Shown in pieces: positions 1-12,451 of a stretch of 64,000 nucleotides of DNA. The stretch is from Macrostomum lignano (lineage: Eukaryota). Under the pieces are notes generated by a model, which had not been told where the DNA came from, did no database searches, and saw nothing but the letters and a program-made list of their open reading frames with translations. The first letter of the stretch is position 1. Each line of letters starts with the position of its first letter. Both the position numbers and the translations under genes were made by a program. The stretch covers positions 310,001 to 374,000 of the forward strand of contig NIVC01000677.1 of assembly GCA_002269645.1 (NCBI GenBank). Direction: 5' to 3'.

Positions 1-1594
1 TGCTCAGTGCTCACGTTGAGGTATTCTAGCGACTGAAAACACTGACTGGTCTTGGTGTAGTTTGGACTGCTCAAGTTCATGCACACGGGCAGCTGAGATC
101 TCTGCTCGTCAACCGGCAGAATCGGGTCACGACAGCTGCAGCTGTTCTGCAGAAAGTCCATGCGAGCCTGAAGAATGCAGTCTGATTTGGTGAAGCTGAA
201 CTCTTGCCATTCGGGAACATAGTCAGCGAGTGCGCTGCTTCTGTTGGTTGAGTTGTCGACTCGTTTGTAAACCAGATATCGGATGGTCTCGCTGCTTTTT
301 GAGCAGGGGCTGGATGCCTTGCTGATGAACTGGTCAGAATGCTCAGCATATGTCAGCACAGTGCTCTGGCCACTGCTCACCATTATCTTGTAGGTTTCGT
401 GCAAATATTGGTCTGCAAAGTGCGTAGTGAGTCTAAATGTATATAGAATGTTCTATAGCAAGGATCGGCAAACTGTTCACCTCAAGGGCCAGATAGAGAA
501 CCCAGCGCACGACAGAGGAGGGGGGAGAGGAGAGGGAATAGAAAAAAAGCTCGTACATTAGGAGAAAGGAGAAGAGAGGAGAGATGAAATAGGAGAGGAG
601 GGAGGAGGAAGGGAGAAGCGAACTGAGAGGAAAAAGAGATGAGAAAAGGCGCAAACATCAAGTGGACCCGGATTGCTATTGTGAAGTTTCAAAGACCCGA
701 GGGCCGGATAGAGAGGCTTTGCGGGCCGGAGTTCGCCGACCCCTGTTCTATAGGATTCCGTAGGCAATGAACGAGATATGGGGATCTATTCGAATCATGT
801 ATGGAAGCATAATGGAAGTCTCATTTATTGATCAACTCACCTCGATGCTTTACATAAAGAGCCACCCCAGACGATCTGTCGAACTCCAGAGCCCCGCTAA
901 GGCTGAGGGCAGACAGCGGAAATCTGTGGTCAAATTTTGCATTCAAATCGCTCGAACCGATCAAGCTCTCTCCGAATAGGACAAATATGGCGTCAACTAT
1001 TGCGGACTTCGGAACGAATCTGTAGCAGTTCAGGTACTCAACACTGTCCACGTGCTCAAAATGGGAATTAGTGCCGCAGTCTCTGTCATTTGGCAGCTGG
1101 CAGCTGAACAGCAGCGTCTCGGCCCAGATGCCCAGCGCCTTTTTCAGCACTTCGCGGCCCAGCGTATGCAGCACAGGCCCAATCCGGCTTGCAGCACCCG
1201 TGCTGGAGCTGCTGAGGTTGGCGCTGATATCTCCGCTAATGCTGCTGGTGACATATTCAGCCGGTATTTTGTTCATCGCTGAATCGAAATACGCCTGGCT
1301 GTAGTCGGCTGTGGTGTAGCTTAATGGCACGTTGCTGCAGAACACCAGATCGGGAAACTGCGCCTGTCGATCACTCTGGACAGTGAGCAACGTTGGATAC
1401 TCGAGGTATTTTTGCACCGTGATCACAATTTGGACGCCTGTGAAGCAAGCCAGGCCGAGGCACATCAATAGGCCGAACGATTGCAGCTGCGGTGGCTTGT
1501 CCAACATCGGCAGGTGCGCCATCAGGCCGACGTCTGACTGAGGCGGCGACGAGGTGGACGGTTGCGAGTCAGACGTCGTTGGTTTGATCTTCAT
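1..1594 (-). CDS. DEG/ENaC (amiloride-sensitive channel) family subunit, partial (continues off the left edge)
   Basis: Exon 1594..841 has TM1 (FGLLMCLGLACFTGVQI), KYLEYPT, FPDLVFC and YLNCYRF. Donor G|GTGAGT at 840 joins in phase 1 to acceptor TTTGCAG|AC at 412. Exon 412..1 translates to the Cys-rich extracellular domain (SPCSK...SDCILQARMDFLQNSCSCRDPILP...PVCMN...QCF). Confidence 0.8.
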
Positions 1595-2409
1595 TATTAC
1601 TCTGAAGCAGAGGCGAGGGCCAGCTTGGCAATTAATCACTGGGTGGGTTTTTTATACGCGTGGCTTCACTTCCTCAGCTGAGACCGCATTAGCTGTGACT
1701 TCAGCAAACAGATGCCATTTTCGGATTGTTTTAGGCAGAGTGGAATAGCGCAGGAATAGCCCGAGAATGCCGTGCTATGAGCTGCTGCCGAGATGCCCGC
1801 TGAATCCATTGTTACTTTTAGACAATGAAGCCGGGCAGCCATAGTCAGCATCCAAAGCCCCTACCGATTGGCTACTGGGTCTGCTTTAATCGTCACATAT
1901 TCCAAGCTATATAGTTGACCGTGCTACCAACCGAGCAAAAAGGATACTGGCTGCTGGTCAAATGCTCAGCATATTTGCATCAATTATGAGTATAGTCAGT
2001 CATTGTGTTGACAGCTCCAGTCCTAGAGTGTCTGTGAAGTTTCGGCGCTGCAGCGGTCCCATAACCGTTTACTGAGGCAGCGTAATTACAGTGATGGACG
2101 AACGTTCACTGGATGAACGTACAGCGAGAAGTATGCCAAGAGCTTCACTGGGTTCTTGTGGTGGATGCAGCTATTGTCAAGCCCGAAAGCACCTACGCTG
2201 AAGCACCATAAACGACAGTACATTTGGACTTGTAAAAAACATTAATAAGAGACAAGCGCTGAGCTGGCCATGCCAGGTAAAATCGGGATCGGGATTTTCA
2301 AGCGATCTTAGCCCGGGACAGGCCTTGGGAAGCGGGGACAGCTCGCTCAATTAACGAACCAGCAGAAACTGTATCAAAGTCCTTTGTATGCTACACTGAA
2401 CGAGAAATA

Positions 2410-2712
2410 GGGGGTGGTAGCCTAGTGGTTAGAGCGTCGGACTCGGACTTAACGGTCGGGGGTTCGATTCCCGATCCCACTGGAACAATTTGTGTCCTTT
2501 AGCAAGACACGATCAGCTCTGCATTGCTTCAGTTTAGCCAGCTGTAAAATGGATGCCAGCATTAGCTGGGGTAATTAAGGGTGTGTGGCGACCCCCCCAG
2601 TCCTTGGACTGAACAGCCGTACGCAGCCTTCAGATGCGCCGCGCACAGCGGCTGAGCTGTCAGTTGCACATCTGGCCATCAGAGCTGGTGTAATCAATTG
2701 TTATTATTATTT
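2410..2712 (+). mobile_element. tRNA-derived SINE with CORE-like central domain
   Basis: A box (TAGCCTAGTGG) and B box (GGTTCGATTCC) in a tRNA-like head with no proper cloverleaf. 2491-2552 (TGTGTCCTTTAGCAAG...GCTTCAGTTT...CTGTAAAATGG) resembles the MIR/CORE domain. Ends in a (TTA)n tail. A related copy lies at 16588-16733. Confidence 0.75.
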
Positions 2713-3478
2713 GTTTCCTACAGTATACAATGGAGTAGTGAAGCATCAGATACGAGTATGATAAGGGAACAACAAAACCGGTATTTGCATGTAAACAAAC
2801 TAAATGATTTTGTCATGTACTTCGCTGAAACAACTGCATGCTTCTTATTATACTAAGTTTTCGACGTGGTGAAATTTCGAGCTCAAGAAAGCACCCCGTT
2901 TGAAGGCCTTCTCGCGTTGATTGTCAGTTTGCGCGGAGTCAAGTTTTCAAATCTTCTGTGGTCTCATTTAAATCTTGTCGGTCGCTTTTTCAATTTTCAC
3001 TCATGACCGGCTTTGGTGTGCATTGGTGGGGTGATAATACCGTTTACAAATGGCCTGCTTTTACAAGCGAGCTTTTCTGCTTCTGTTGACAGTGAAAGCT
3101 TGGCAAACAAGCGGACACGAGCATCTCAACTGTGTTACTGAGTCAAATCAAGCCATTTCGCGGCAGTGAATCTATATTGGATTTCCTGGTTGCTGGTTGT
3201 TTAGACAGGCGGGAACCTGCCAGGTAGCAGCTGTATCATCCGCCCGGATTTCAGCCTACGAGCGTAGATGTCCTACAGATAAACACAGGAATTAGTAGCT
3301 ATTCCGAAAGCGAAGGTAAATGTAAGATTATTACCTCCACACCATATTTGCATTTAATCGCAATCAGTATTAATGCCATGCATTGTTGTGTTTGAGCGTC
3401 CACAGTCTAAATCAATAAGATGAGTTTAAATGCAGTCGAAATATGATCGAGCTATCATCTACCAGCTTATCGTGGTGC

Positions 3479-3651
3479 ATGGGAGCACACATCAATAAAA
3501 TGGTATGGACACGCCCACTAAGCCAAGCACAAGCTCATGGGAGCACACATCAATAAAATGGTATGGACACGCCCACTAAGCCAAGCACAAGCTCACGGGA
3601 GCACACATTAATAAAATGGTATGGACACGCCCACTAAGCCAAGCACAAGCT
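3479..3651. repeat. 58-bp tandem repeat, 3 copies
   Basis: GGGAGCACACATCAATAAAATGGTATGGACACGCCCACTAAGCCAAGCACAAGCTCAT repeated three times. Confidence 0.9.
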
Positions 3652-4953
3652 TACAAATTAACTAACCAGCAAATTGCAGAGGCGTTGAGGCCTCCACTAG
3701 AGGCTACTTATAGTAGCAGAAAATCAACTCATGCTGTGCAACCGGAGATTTTCAGATCAATCATTACGAGCATCTGATTGAGTCCTCAATGTCTTCTCAA
3801 CTTCTAAGCTTCCAAATAAATTCTGGACCACGTCTATTGGTAGAAAAAATTAAAACAATATTATTTTTGAGACTATAAAATAGGGCTGCACAAGGTTACT
3901 TTACCTAAAAGCTGGAACGAATAACACTCATCAATAAAAATCCATTTAGAGAAACTACATTTACTAACTAAAATAATAATAACGACAGAAGTGATTTTTC
4001 ATAACTTTACTTCTGCCTTCCAGTAGAAGTTTAAAAAGCCTCAAAATAATTAAAACTTTTGAAATTGTAACTCAACCTTGGACTAATTGTCAAAAACACA
4101 TACTTGCTAAATAGCCTAAATTTCTACATGTACCTCTACAGCTAGGTTGTAGTATAATAAACATAGACAGCCTTGTCTCTTGTTTTAAATGCTAATTTCT
4201 TTCCCTTAAGCCGTCGTGGCCCAGAGGAAGAAAGCAGTTATAGATGTCTAACCCATAGATATTATATTGTGCATATATATGTGTATCGATGATCCTTGGT
4301 CTAAAGAACGAATTCTATTCCAGGCAAAAGAGCGCAAACGACATGTCAGGCCCTGTTATGTCTTGGAAAAAGTACATTCTTTCTCCCTATGCGCGTTAAT
4401 CGTGACTTTGGAATTTCCCCCGCATGGTAGAAGCTTAAGCCAGTAAGAACTTCAGGGGAACTATTATTAAATTCCAGCAGCCAATGATAATTCATGGGAC
4501 GGCGAATATCCTGACTTTTATGAAGTTTTGGCCATAGACTTGCTTTCCTTCATTCATGAGATGATGGCTAACAATTTACTAACAGTACAACTTATTAATT
4601 ACCAGTTTGCAATGGTTACATGTAGTTGTCTATGGAAGAAATCATATAGACAATATTATTGTCCTATTGATAAAGCCACTCATGAAGCGTGTGACAATCA
4701 TGCATTGTTTAGCAATTTGACGATCATGATTCACATTTTTAATGCAGAACAATCCATTACTACAAACAATGCATTGTCTGTAGGATCGTCAAACAGAAAA
4801 ACAATGCAAAGAATCAGCGGTCGCAGCACGTGACAACGATTTGTCTATGGCTCTACCGGCGCTCGCCAGACAATCGTTGTCACGCACTGGGACCGCTGAT
4901 TATTTATCCATTGCTACATATGTGGCAATGCATGCCTAAAATTAGACGTCTTA

Positions 4954-5788
4954 GGGTCTGGTTTGAACCATAGACATACGCTCGTAAGTAGCTGCAACAA
5001 AAAGTGAGCCTTTTGTTGGGCAGAAAGAGGACAGAAGAGTCTCATTTGAACCATAGACATAAGTAGCTGCAACAAAAAGTGAGCCTTTTTGTTGGGCAGA
5101 AAGAGGACAGAAGAGTCTCATTTGAACCATAGACAGAAGTAGCTGCAACAAAAATTGAACCTTTTTGTTGGGCAGAAAGAGGACAGAAGGGTCTGGTTTG
5201 AACCATAGACATAAGTAGCTGCAACAAAAAGTGAGCCTTTTGTTGGGCAGAAAGAGGACAGAAGAGTCTGGTTTGAACCATAGACATAAGTAGCTGCAAC
5301 AAAAAGTGAGCCTTTTGTTGGGCAGAAAGAGGACAGAAGGGTCTGGTTTGAACCATAGACATAAGTAGCTGCAACAAAAAGTGAGCCTTTTGTTGGGCAG
5401 AAAGAGGACAGAAGAATCTGGTTTGAACCATAGACATAAGTAGCTGCAACAAAAAGTGAGCTTTTTGTTGGGCAGAAAGAGGACAGAAGGGTCTGGTTTG
5501 AACCATAGACATAAGTAGCTGCAACAAAAAGTGAGCCTTTTGTTGGGCAGAAAGAGGACAGAAGAGTCTGGTTTGAACCATAGACATAAGTAGCTGCAAC
5601 AAAAAGTGAGCCTTTTGTTGGGCAGAAAGAGGACAGAAGGGTCTGGTTTGAACCATAGACATAAGTAGCTGCAACAAAAAGTGAGCCTTTTGTTGGGCAG
5701 AAAGAGGACAGAAGAGTCTGGTTTGAACCATAGACATAAGTAGCTGCAACAAAAAGTGAGCCTTTTGTTGGGCAGAAAGAGGACAGAA
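4954..5788. repeat. 75-bp minisatellite, about 11 copies
   Basis: Unit GTCTGGTTTGAACCATAGACATAAGTAGCTGCAACAAAAAGTGAGCCTTTTGTTGGGCAGAAAGAGGACAGAAG[A/G]; it explains the repetitive ORFs 5042-5752 and 5118-5867. Confidence 0.95.
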
Positions 5789-6454
5789 GCGCAGTCCGAA
5801 GCCTTTGAGAAAACAAACTCATTGCTAGCTTATTTGACACTGGAGAAAGATGATCAACTGGAAGCATTTACCAGTAGAATCCCTCGATGGCGTTACATCA
5901 AGCGAATTGGCTCTGGTTACCGAACTGAGTCGATCATAGTGAAGATAGAGAGCTACACAGCTTTCTTCAATTCATCACCGACTTCAGACGACATGACTAT
6001 GTTCCCGCGACCAATGGCCAGTTCCGCCTTACAATTTGCTTTCTCAAGTAAGCAAGTCCGAGGCATAAACTGGCTATGTGCGTACATGCAGCGGATCAGC
6101 AAGGTGTGCGGCCTGAGCAAGGGATATACAAACCACTGCATCACTCGCATTGCTGATCTAAAAGATTCAGGCTATTCTGTGTCTGACATCATGAGCATTA
6201 CTGGCCAACAAACGGAGTCTACTGTGCGGCGGTATCTCTCCCGGAAGCGTGACAGCGCCATTCGAGACATGGCAACTACTGTGGGGGCTACGTTAGAACT
6301 ACGCGGTGTGAATGCCGACAGCAGTGGTACCTGCGTCTCGACTAGCAGCAAAAGCATCATCGGCTACAAGACAACAACTGTTCGTGAGAATACCAATGCT
6401 GCAGTGTTCTCCAACTGCCAGTTCGCAAATTGCACGATCAATATCAATAAGTAG
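5756..6454 (+). pseudogene. Crypton-type tyrosine recombinase fragment
   Basis: The YTNHC motif lacks the following RAT residues (HxxR Arg lost). TGH is changed to TGQ, while the catalytic-position Tyr (RRY) is kept. The N-terminal half is absent and the ORF starts inside the tandem array. Confidence 0.65.
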
Positions 6455-7623
6455 TAGGAATACGTGATCGACAGGGCATTAACATCCGTGTTCACCACGT
6501 TTTGTTGTATTAACACGAATCGTATTCGTTTCGCTTTTTGCTTGTTGTTCTCATATTCATATTTTTTCCCTGCGAAATTGTCTGCACGCAATCGTTGAAC
6601 GCGTAATACGAGCCAATAAATATTAGACCATAGTCTATGGTCGAAATATCTGCTCTAGCGTGTGACAATCAGAAGCGTTGCTAGCAGGCTTGATCTATTT
6701 GACAATGGCAACAAGCCATTCGCCAAATCTCTTTTTATTTTATTTGGTATTATGAAAATTAAAAAAAATATTATTCCATACATTTTAGTAGATTATGTGT
6801 AAAAGTAAGAATTCTGGATAAGTGGCCATAAATTCAAGCATGTGCTCGTAAATTTTCAAATTTAACAAAAAATTAAATAACAAATTTGGTATAACAAATT
6901 TCTGATTTCAAAATTCAACACAATTCTAAGTTAGGATTGCAAGTTTAAATCACCTTGCTATCTAAACAATGTGTTTATAAATTTCTTGTCAAGTGCAAAT
7001 ACGATGAAAAAATGTGACACCCCCTGATGCTACGAAAGGTAACAAACCTATAAACAGCAACAAGATGGGTCACTGAGCTTTGAATGAACGAACGGTACTG
7101 CTACAGCTTTTGAAAGGCTTTAATGGGTCATTGACTGCAAAGGCCAAGCAAGCTGATAAAAAGCCACGCAAACCGAGAATCGATCGCTTTCTCTCTTGTC
7201 TTTCCCAGCTCTCTCCGGCCCCTACAGGCTCAACCTTCCTTGACCACTGCTTCTCCAACACCAGCGCCAAGTTACAAATAAATAAATTACACCACTTATG
7301 AACCGATTGATTTTCAGTTAGGCTGTCAAAGGCTGTTACCTTTCTTGCACAGAAAGGTAACACAGGCTGCTGAATCACACTTTGACGTAGGTCGGTTCGA
7401 CTGCATGTTGATTTCCTGGAGGTAACAGCGCAGCATACTAGCGGAATGGGGAGTCCGTTATCAGTCATATATGCTATGCATGTATTGCATGTGTGTATCA
7501 GAGTCAGTTTCGTTGCACTGACTAATTTTTTCTGCAAAATGCGCATCAGTTATTAAGCGTGCCCAATTTGTTACTGTTTTAAGCCTTCGATAACAACTAT
7601 TGAATCTGCCGCATCCACTTCAT

Positions 7624-9580
7624 CTACTGCCGAGCCACCGCAGCCTCCAGCTCGGCCATGAGCCGCAGGCAGGCCTCATCGCGCCAGGGCAGGGCCGCGC
7701 ACTGCACGCTGACTGGCAGGCCGTCCGAGCCGGCGTCGTGCATGGCGGCCACGGACCGGTGCCAGGCGGACTTGCCGGCCGGGTAGGCGGCGGCCGCCTC
7801 GGCCAGGTCCTCCGCCGTCACCCGGGTCACCGGCACCGTGCCTGCCGGGCAATTCAGCGTGTTGAACAAATTGAAAAACGACAGAGCGCCAGTGAAGCTG
7901 CCGCTGGTTGGCGCCAGGTGGACAGCCGGACAGGCGCCAGCCGGACAGATCAGGCCGTCCAGGCCGGCCTGGCGCCAGGCAAAACAGAATTGGCGCCTGG
8001 CGTCGGCCAGCCGCTGCGCCAAATGCCACACGCCGCCGCCATCGGCATCGGCGCCAAGCGACGCTTCCAACCAGACGGCGGCCTCTCGACGGCCGTAGGC
8101 GGCGGCGGCCCGGGCTCGAGCTCGGCGCAGCCAGCGCGGAGTGCGGGCAGTGTCCAGGCTGTGCCGCACCGCCGGCGAGACCTCGTCTCCGTCCAGCAGA
8201 TCAACAAGCCGACGCCCACCGTCAGAGAAGACGCAGCGCAGGTACAGCTCGAAATACGGAGCGTCGGGCAGCCGCCAGGCTACGAGGCGGTGGCCGCGAG
8301 ACTCCAAGGCCGACTTGGCCAGCTGGACGGCGCGACGCATGCAGGGCAGGGCGTCGAATAGGTGCGGCGATTCGTCCACGAAGTAGCCAATGACCAGCGG
8401 CCGCTGGCTGCGGGGAGGGGCGGGGGCGATGCTGAGACTGCTCAACTATTTGACTTTGAAAAGGGCTCGCTAACTGTGCAGGCTTAGAGTCCGACGGACG
8501 GACAGAGAGAAAGAAAGACAGACAGAGACAGACAGACAGAAAGACGGACAGACAGACAGAAAGAAAGACAGGCAGACGGACAGACAGACGGACACACCCG
8601 TCGCAGTCGTCGCCAGCCCAGTCCAGAGGGGGCAGCTCCGGGTCCAGCCGGTATTGGTACCCAGGCCGAGCTGAGCACATCGCCGACATCAGCAAGGCCA
8701 CTCCACCGACGTCGGGAGCCAGAGGCCCCCAGGTGCCCGGCACCAGCCGCTGGGCCCCGGCAGCGGCGGCGCCGAAGCCCTGGCTGGTGAGACGGCCGTT
8801 GGTCGGCTTGAAGCCGACGCAGCCGCACCACGCGGCAGGCAGCCGAATGCTGCCGCCGAGGTCGGTGCCGAGGCCCAGCGGGGAGCCGCCGCCGGCCACC
8901 AGGGTGGCCTCGCCGCTGCTGCTGCCGCCGGGGCTTCGACCGGGCGCGCTCGGATGCCTGACTGTGCCATCGATAGGATTCGAGCTCAGGACCGACATCA
9001 TCGATTGCGGCACGGCGGTGCGGACGAAAGGAACTCCGCCGAGAGCCTTCAGGGCTGCCACCGGCGAGCAGTCGGCTTCGGCCGGCCGGCCGATCAGGGC
9101 CGAGCAGCCCACGCAGGAGTCGCGGCCGGCCAGGCAAAAATTATCCTTCAAGCTGACGGGCAGGCCGGCCAGCGGCCCGTCCAGATCGACGCCGGCCCAG
9201 TCCGGCGCCAGGAACTCCACAGCGCAGTTGGTGCGGCTGTCCACATCGATTGCCCGGCGCTGATAGGCTAGCAGGACTCTGCGGTGGTCCAGAGTTCGAG
9301 CCTGCAGCCGGCCGACCAGCTCGGCGGTTGGCAGGGCAAGGATTTCGGCCTCCTCGGCTGGCGACAGTCCGGCCCGCTCCGTGGCCGCCTTCACCGACTC
9401 GACGAAGCGCGCCTTGGCCTCGGCTAAATCGGCGCGCCGGCGCTGGCGCCGGAGACTCAGGTCGGCGGCGCGGACTGACCGGCGACGCCAGTCGTAGAGC
9501 AGCGAGGCGAGGCCGCTGGCTGCCGCTGCGATGGCGGCAGACGCGATCAGGGCCAGCGCCAGGGACTGCCGCCTGCCCAT
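7624..9580 (-). CDS. FAAH: Fatty-acid amide hydrolase-like amidase (2 exons: 9580..8598, 8437..7624; about 598 aa)
   Basis: N-terminal TM segment, SLKDN (catalytic Lys), GGSSSGE and GTDLGGSIRLPAAWCG amidase signature, C-terminal GLPVSVQ...DEACLRLM. A phase-2 GT/AG join restores a continuous frame; an alternative acceptor lies 6 nt further on. Confidence 0.88.
8490..8597. repeat. (GACA)n-type microsatellite in the FAAH intron
   Basis: Imperfect GACA/GAAA repeats. Confidence 0.85.
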
Positions 9581-9628
9581 GGAGACCGGCTTGAAGTCCG
9601 CCTGCGGGACGGGTGGTTCTCGACATCT

Positions 9629-9991
9629 GAGTCTACTCAGTCCTCGAGTCCATTATTAGAAACTAATTCCCCCCCCCGAGTCTACTCAGTCCTCGAGTCC
9701 ATCATTAGAAACTAATTCCCCCTGACTCTACTCAGTCCTCGAGTCCATCATTAGAAACTAATTCCCCCCCCGAGTCTACTCAGTCCTCGAGTCCATCATT
9801 AGAAACTAATTCCCCCTGAGTATACTCAGTCCTCAAGTCCATCATTAGAAACTAATTCCCCCTGAGTCTACTCAGTCCTCGAGTCCATCATTAGAAACTA
9901 ATTCCCCCTGAGTCTATTCAGTCTGCGAGTCCATCATTAGAAACTAATTCCCCCTGAGTCTATTCAGTCTGCGAGTCCATCATTAGAAACT
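9629..9991. repeat. 46-50-bp minisatellite, left block
   Basis: GAGTCTACTCAGTCCTCGAGTCCATCATTAGAAACTAATT(C)n unit with a variable poly-C run. Confidence 0.95.
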
Positions 9992-10007
9992 GTAAGAGTT
10001 TAATGCA

Positions 10008-11316
10008 TGATTTGGCAGTTGCACGAAGAAGTATCGAAAGCCACAGTGGGCGAGACGATGTTATTTATTTAATATTTAGTCGGCTACTGCATTGCGTGGG
10101 GTGGTGGTCGTAAATGTACACTTTGCTTACTACGAGTACAGATAAGGGGGCGAGAGTTAGAGAGAGAAAGCCGGCTGACGTACGGACCCGGAAAAATGGG
10201 GTGGGCGCTCTATAGCAAATCAATGGCTCACATCTCTCCTCAACGCAGAAAAGAAAATCACTTTTGAAAACTCGATGCTTGCATTCGAAGCGCGGGGAGA
10301 CTCGAACGACATACCGATTGCAGGGGAAATAAAATATTGGTTGCCGCTGACCATTGAATAAAAAAAACAACGGACGCAGCCGGAATAAAAGCATTTCGAG
10401 AAACGAAAAAAACGCAAAAGGTTACAAAAGACATTTAACAGTTTCAAACATTTTTAAACAGTTGCGACGGATTTCAAGACTATCAAATCACCCCCCCCCC
10501 TCAATCAAGTGTAGACTTTGAATCCCTCCTTCGCCGCTCTCGGATGCGGGGTGCGGGCGATCGGCACGTTCTGCTCGACGTCGGCGGGGCCGGCAGCGTC
10601 GGGTGCCGCCGCCTGCGGCTCCACCAGGTCGGGCTCCGGTGGCAGCGCCTTCAGGGCCGTGCAGTGTCGCCGACAAGTGGCCTGACCGCGCCGTAGCTGC
10701 AGCGAGTTGCCTTGCACTTTGGTCACAGTCCAGGGCTCGCTCTCAAATGGGGTTTGGCCCTTCAGCGGGTTGACGCGTTTCCGCAGCACCTGGTCGCCGA
10801 CCGCGTAGTTGTGCTCTCTTGGTCTTCGAGCAGCGTCGGCGTGCCGCTTCATCGTCAGCTTCTGCTTGCGGTCGTGCTCCCGCAGCTCCTTGTCGTTGAT
10901 GCGCACCCGCGCTGGTGGCCGCCGGCCGGGGACGCCGTTGCCCAAAGCGCGGCCCATCAGCAGCTCCGCGGGTGCGCGTCCGGTTGTGGCGTGTGGCGCC
11001 GTCCGGTACGCCAGAATCCACTCGTCCAGAGCCTCGCGCCAGTCCCTGCTCTCCGCGATTGCAGCGCGGACGACCTTGTTGATCGATCTGTTCAGGCGCT
11101 CGGTCATGCCGTTGGCCGCAGGGTAGAGCGGAGTGATGGCCCGGTGTCGAATTCCGAAGCTCCTGAGGAAATCCTTGAACTGCGCCGACGAGAATGGAGG
11201 CCCATTGTCCGTAACGAGCTCCTCTGGGATGCCGAACCTGCAGAATGATTCCCGCAGCTTCGGGATGACTGCCTCCGCTGTAGTAGACTGCATGACCTGC
11301 ACCTCGGGATACACCT
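10008..11316 (-). mobile_element. 5'-truncated Ty3/Gypsy LTR retrotransposon: integrase remnant, PPT and 3' LTR
   Basis: ORF 11314..10505 is an integrase core (RFGIPEELVTDNGPPF...AANGMTERLNRSI, GPY/F-like tail). Polypurine tract GAGGGGGGGGGG at 10502..10491 abuts an LTR at 10490..10008 with 7-bp terminal inverted repeats TGATTTG...CAAATCA and an AATAAA. Confidence 0.88.
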
Positions 11317-11900
11317 CGAGTCCATTATTAGAAACTAATTCCCCCCCCCCCGAGTCTACTCAGTCCTCGAGTCCATCATTAGAAACTAATTCCCCCCGAG
11401 TCTACTCAGTCCTCGAGTCCATCATTAGAAACTAATTCCCCCTGAGTCTACTCAGTCCTCGAGTCCATCATTAGAAACTAATTCCCCCCCCCGAGTCTAC
11501 TCAGTCCTCGAGTCCATCATTAGAAACTAATTCCCCCTGAGTATACTCAGTCCTCGAGTCCATCATTAGAAACTAATTCCCCCTGAGTCTACTCAGTCCT
11601 CGAGTCCATCATTAGAAACTAATTCCCCCCCCCGAGTCTACTCAGTCCTCGAGTCCATCATTAGAAACTAATTCCCCCCCCCGAGTCTACTCAGTCTGAG
11701 AGTCCATCATTAGAAACTAATTCCCCCCCCCGAGTCTACTCAGTCCTCGAGTCCATCATTAGAAACTAATTCCCCCCGAGTCTACTCAGTCCTCGAGTCC
11801 ATCATTAGAAACTAATTCCCCCCGAGTCTACTCAGTCCTCGAGTCCATCATTAGAAACTAATCCCCCCCCGAGTCTACTCAGTCTGCGAGTCCATCATTA
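11316..11900. repeat. 46-50-bp minisatellite, right block
   Basis: Same unit as 9629-9991. Confidence 0.95.
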
Positions 11901-12451
11901 AATGCTTATCATTTGAATTGCATCCTCAGAATTTAGACATTAAGCCCATAGTACAATACATGTACTTATTGAAAGATTTCAGCCACCGTTTGCCATCAAT
12001 ACATGATTGAGGCATACGTTTTGTATTCTACTTAATGAAAGCTTTCCTCACAAGTTTATCGCCTGAATTCTATTTTCATATTCTATCCAGAGTCCATATT
12101 GTCTATCCTTATATTCCACTGCTGAATGTATATTATTTTCAGATTTTTTTCCTATTTATTATATCCTACCACAAGTGAGCCCATACACATACTTTGTTCG
12201 ACCAGTATATGTTATGAATTTCGAAATCAATAAAACTAAACAGATTTCCAAAATTGAAAAAACCATTAGCAGACGAATTAATTAAGCAACTATAATTAGC
12301 TCAGTAAATCACAATAACAGCAATACAAAGTGGAGCAATCCCAATTGATAATTATATTTATTTAGCTAGGAGTCAGCAACAGAAATGCTTTGAGCTTTAA
12401 CAGCCTAAGTACACAATTACAAAATAGGGAATAAAAAGCGTTACTAACTAC

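Larger units (their letters stand above)
4550..6720 (+). mobile_element. Degenerate Crypton-like (tyrosine recombinase) element; boundaries approximate
   Basis: ORF 5756-6454 carries the Crypton/DUF3504-type C-terminus (MFPRP...KQVRGIN...MQRISKVCGLSKGYTNHC...IMSITG...RRY...FSNCQFANCTININK). It is flanked by recurring CCATAGAC/GTCTATGG motifs, a hairpin at 4812-4901 and a 14-bp direct repeat (AGCGTGTGACAATC near 4686 and 6657). Confidence 0.6.

Noticed and set aside
2410-2482. tRNA gene
   Set aside because: It has A and B boxes but no proper acceptor or anticodon stems and continues into SINE body and tail.
4951-5867. Repetitive ORFs, and a possible CRISPR-like array
   Set aside because: The units are contiguous and near-identical with no unique spacers and no cas genes. 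The same applies to all arrays in this window.
7070-7546. 158-aa minus-strand ORF downstream of FAAH
   Set aside because: No ATG-led start with recognisable motifs and no family similarity; probably 3' UTR or intergenic DNA.
7600-9626. Many overlapping GC-rich ORFs (also over 12452-13198, 37218-38003 and 55693-56152)
   Set aside because: These are shadow frames of real GC-rich exons.
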